A stretch of DNA of 64,000 nucleotides from Balanoglossus misakiensis (taxonomy: Eukaryota > Animalia > Hemichordata): assembly GCA_040954595.2 (NCBI GenBank), contig CM082577.2, positions 2,728,001-2,792,000 on the forward strand, written 5' to 3'. Each line of letters starts with the position of its first letter. The stretch's first letter is position 1. This document shows, one piece after another, positions 63,981 through 64,000 of this stretch. Both the position numbers and the translations under genes were made by a program. Under the pieces are notes generated by a model. It was not told the origin of the DNA and did not search any database. It worked only from the letters and a program-made list of their open reading frames with translations.

Positions 63981-64000
63981 GAATGAATGAATGAATGAAT
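63981..64000 (+). repeat. (GAAT)n microsatellite, right flank of the PLE, runs to the window edge
   Basis: Directly visible. Confidence 0.9.

Overview
Eukaryotic, intron-rich animal genomic DNA. An invertebrate deuterostome such as a hemichordate is plausible from gene style and composition, but this is inference only. The window holds four protein-coding genes. (1) The 5' part of an uncharacterised minus-strand gene with repeated RPxSAK motifs, running off the left edge. (2) A complete 17-exon NPLOC4/NPL4 gene, head-to-head with (1) across about 300 bp. (3) A single-coding-exon GT14 core-2/I-branching beta-1,6-GlcNAc transferase (GCNT-like), after about 23 kb of CpG-rich non-coding DNA. (4) A giant secreted mosaic glycoprotein gene, 3'-incomplete, with at least 61 exons and over 3,300 aa by my exon sum. 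Its order is signal peptide, CCPGW/EGF, mucin CysD (WxxW), six VWE/pacifastin-like modules, then at least 21 thyroglobulin type-1 repeats. These repeats form a four-exon higher-order unit with Thr/Pro/Val/Asn-rich linkers carrying a recurring TPxGPxTV motif. The gene also contains six 27-nt chimeric micro-exons made by tandem duplication of an intron. Its last visible intron holds a young, truncated Penelope-like retroelement with a GIY-YIG fragment, 248-bp inverted pLTRs and minimal hammerhead ribozymes, inserted in a (GAAT)n tract. Several MITEs, SINE-like fragments and microsatellites are also present. All exon coordinates were read by eye from GT-AG boundaries and phase continuity.
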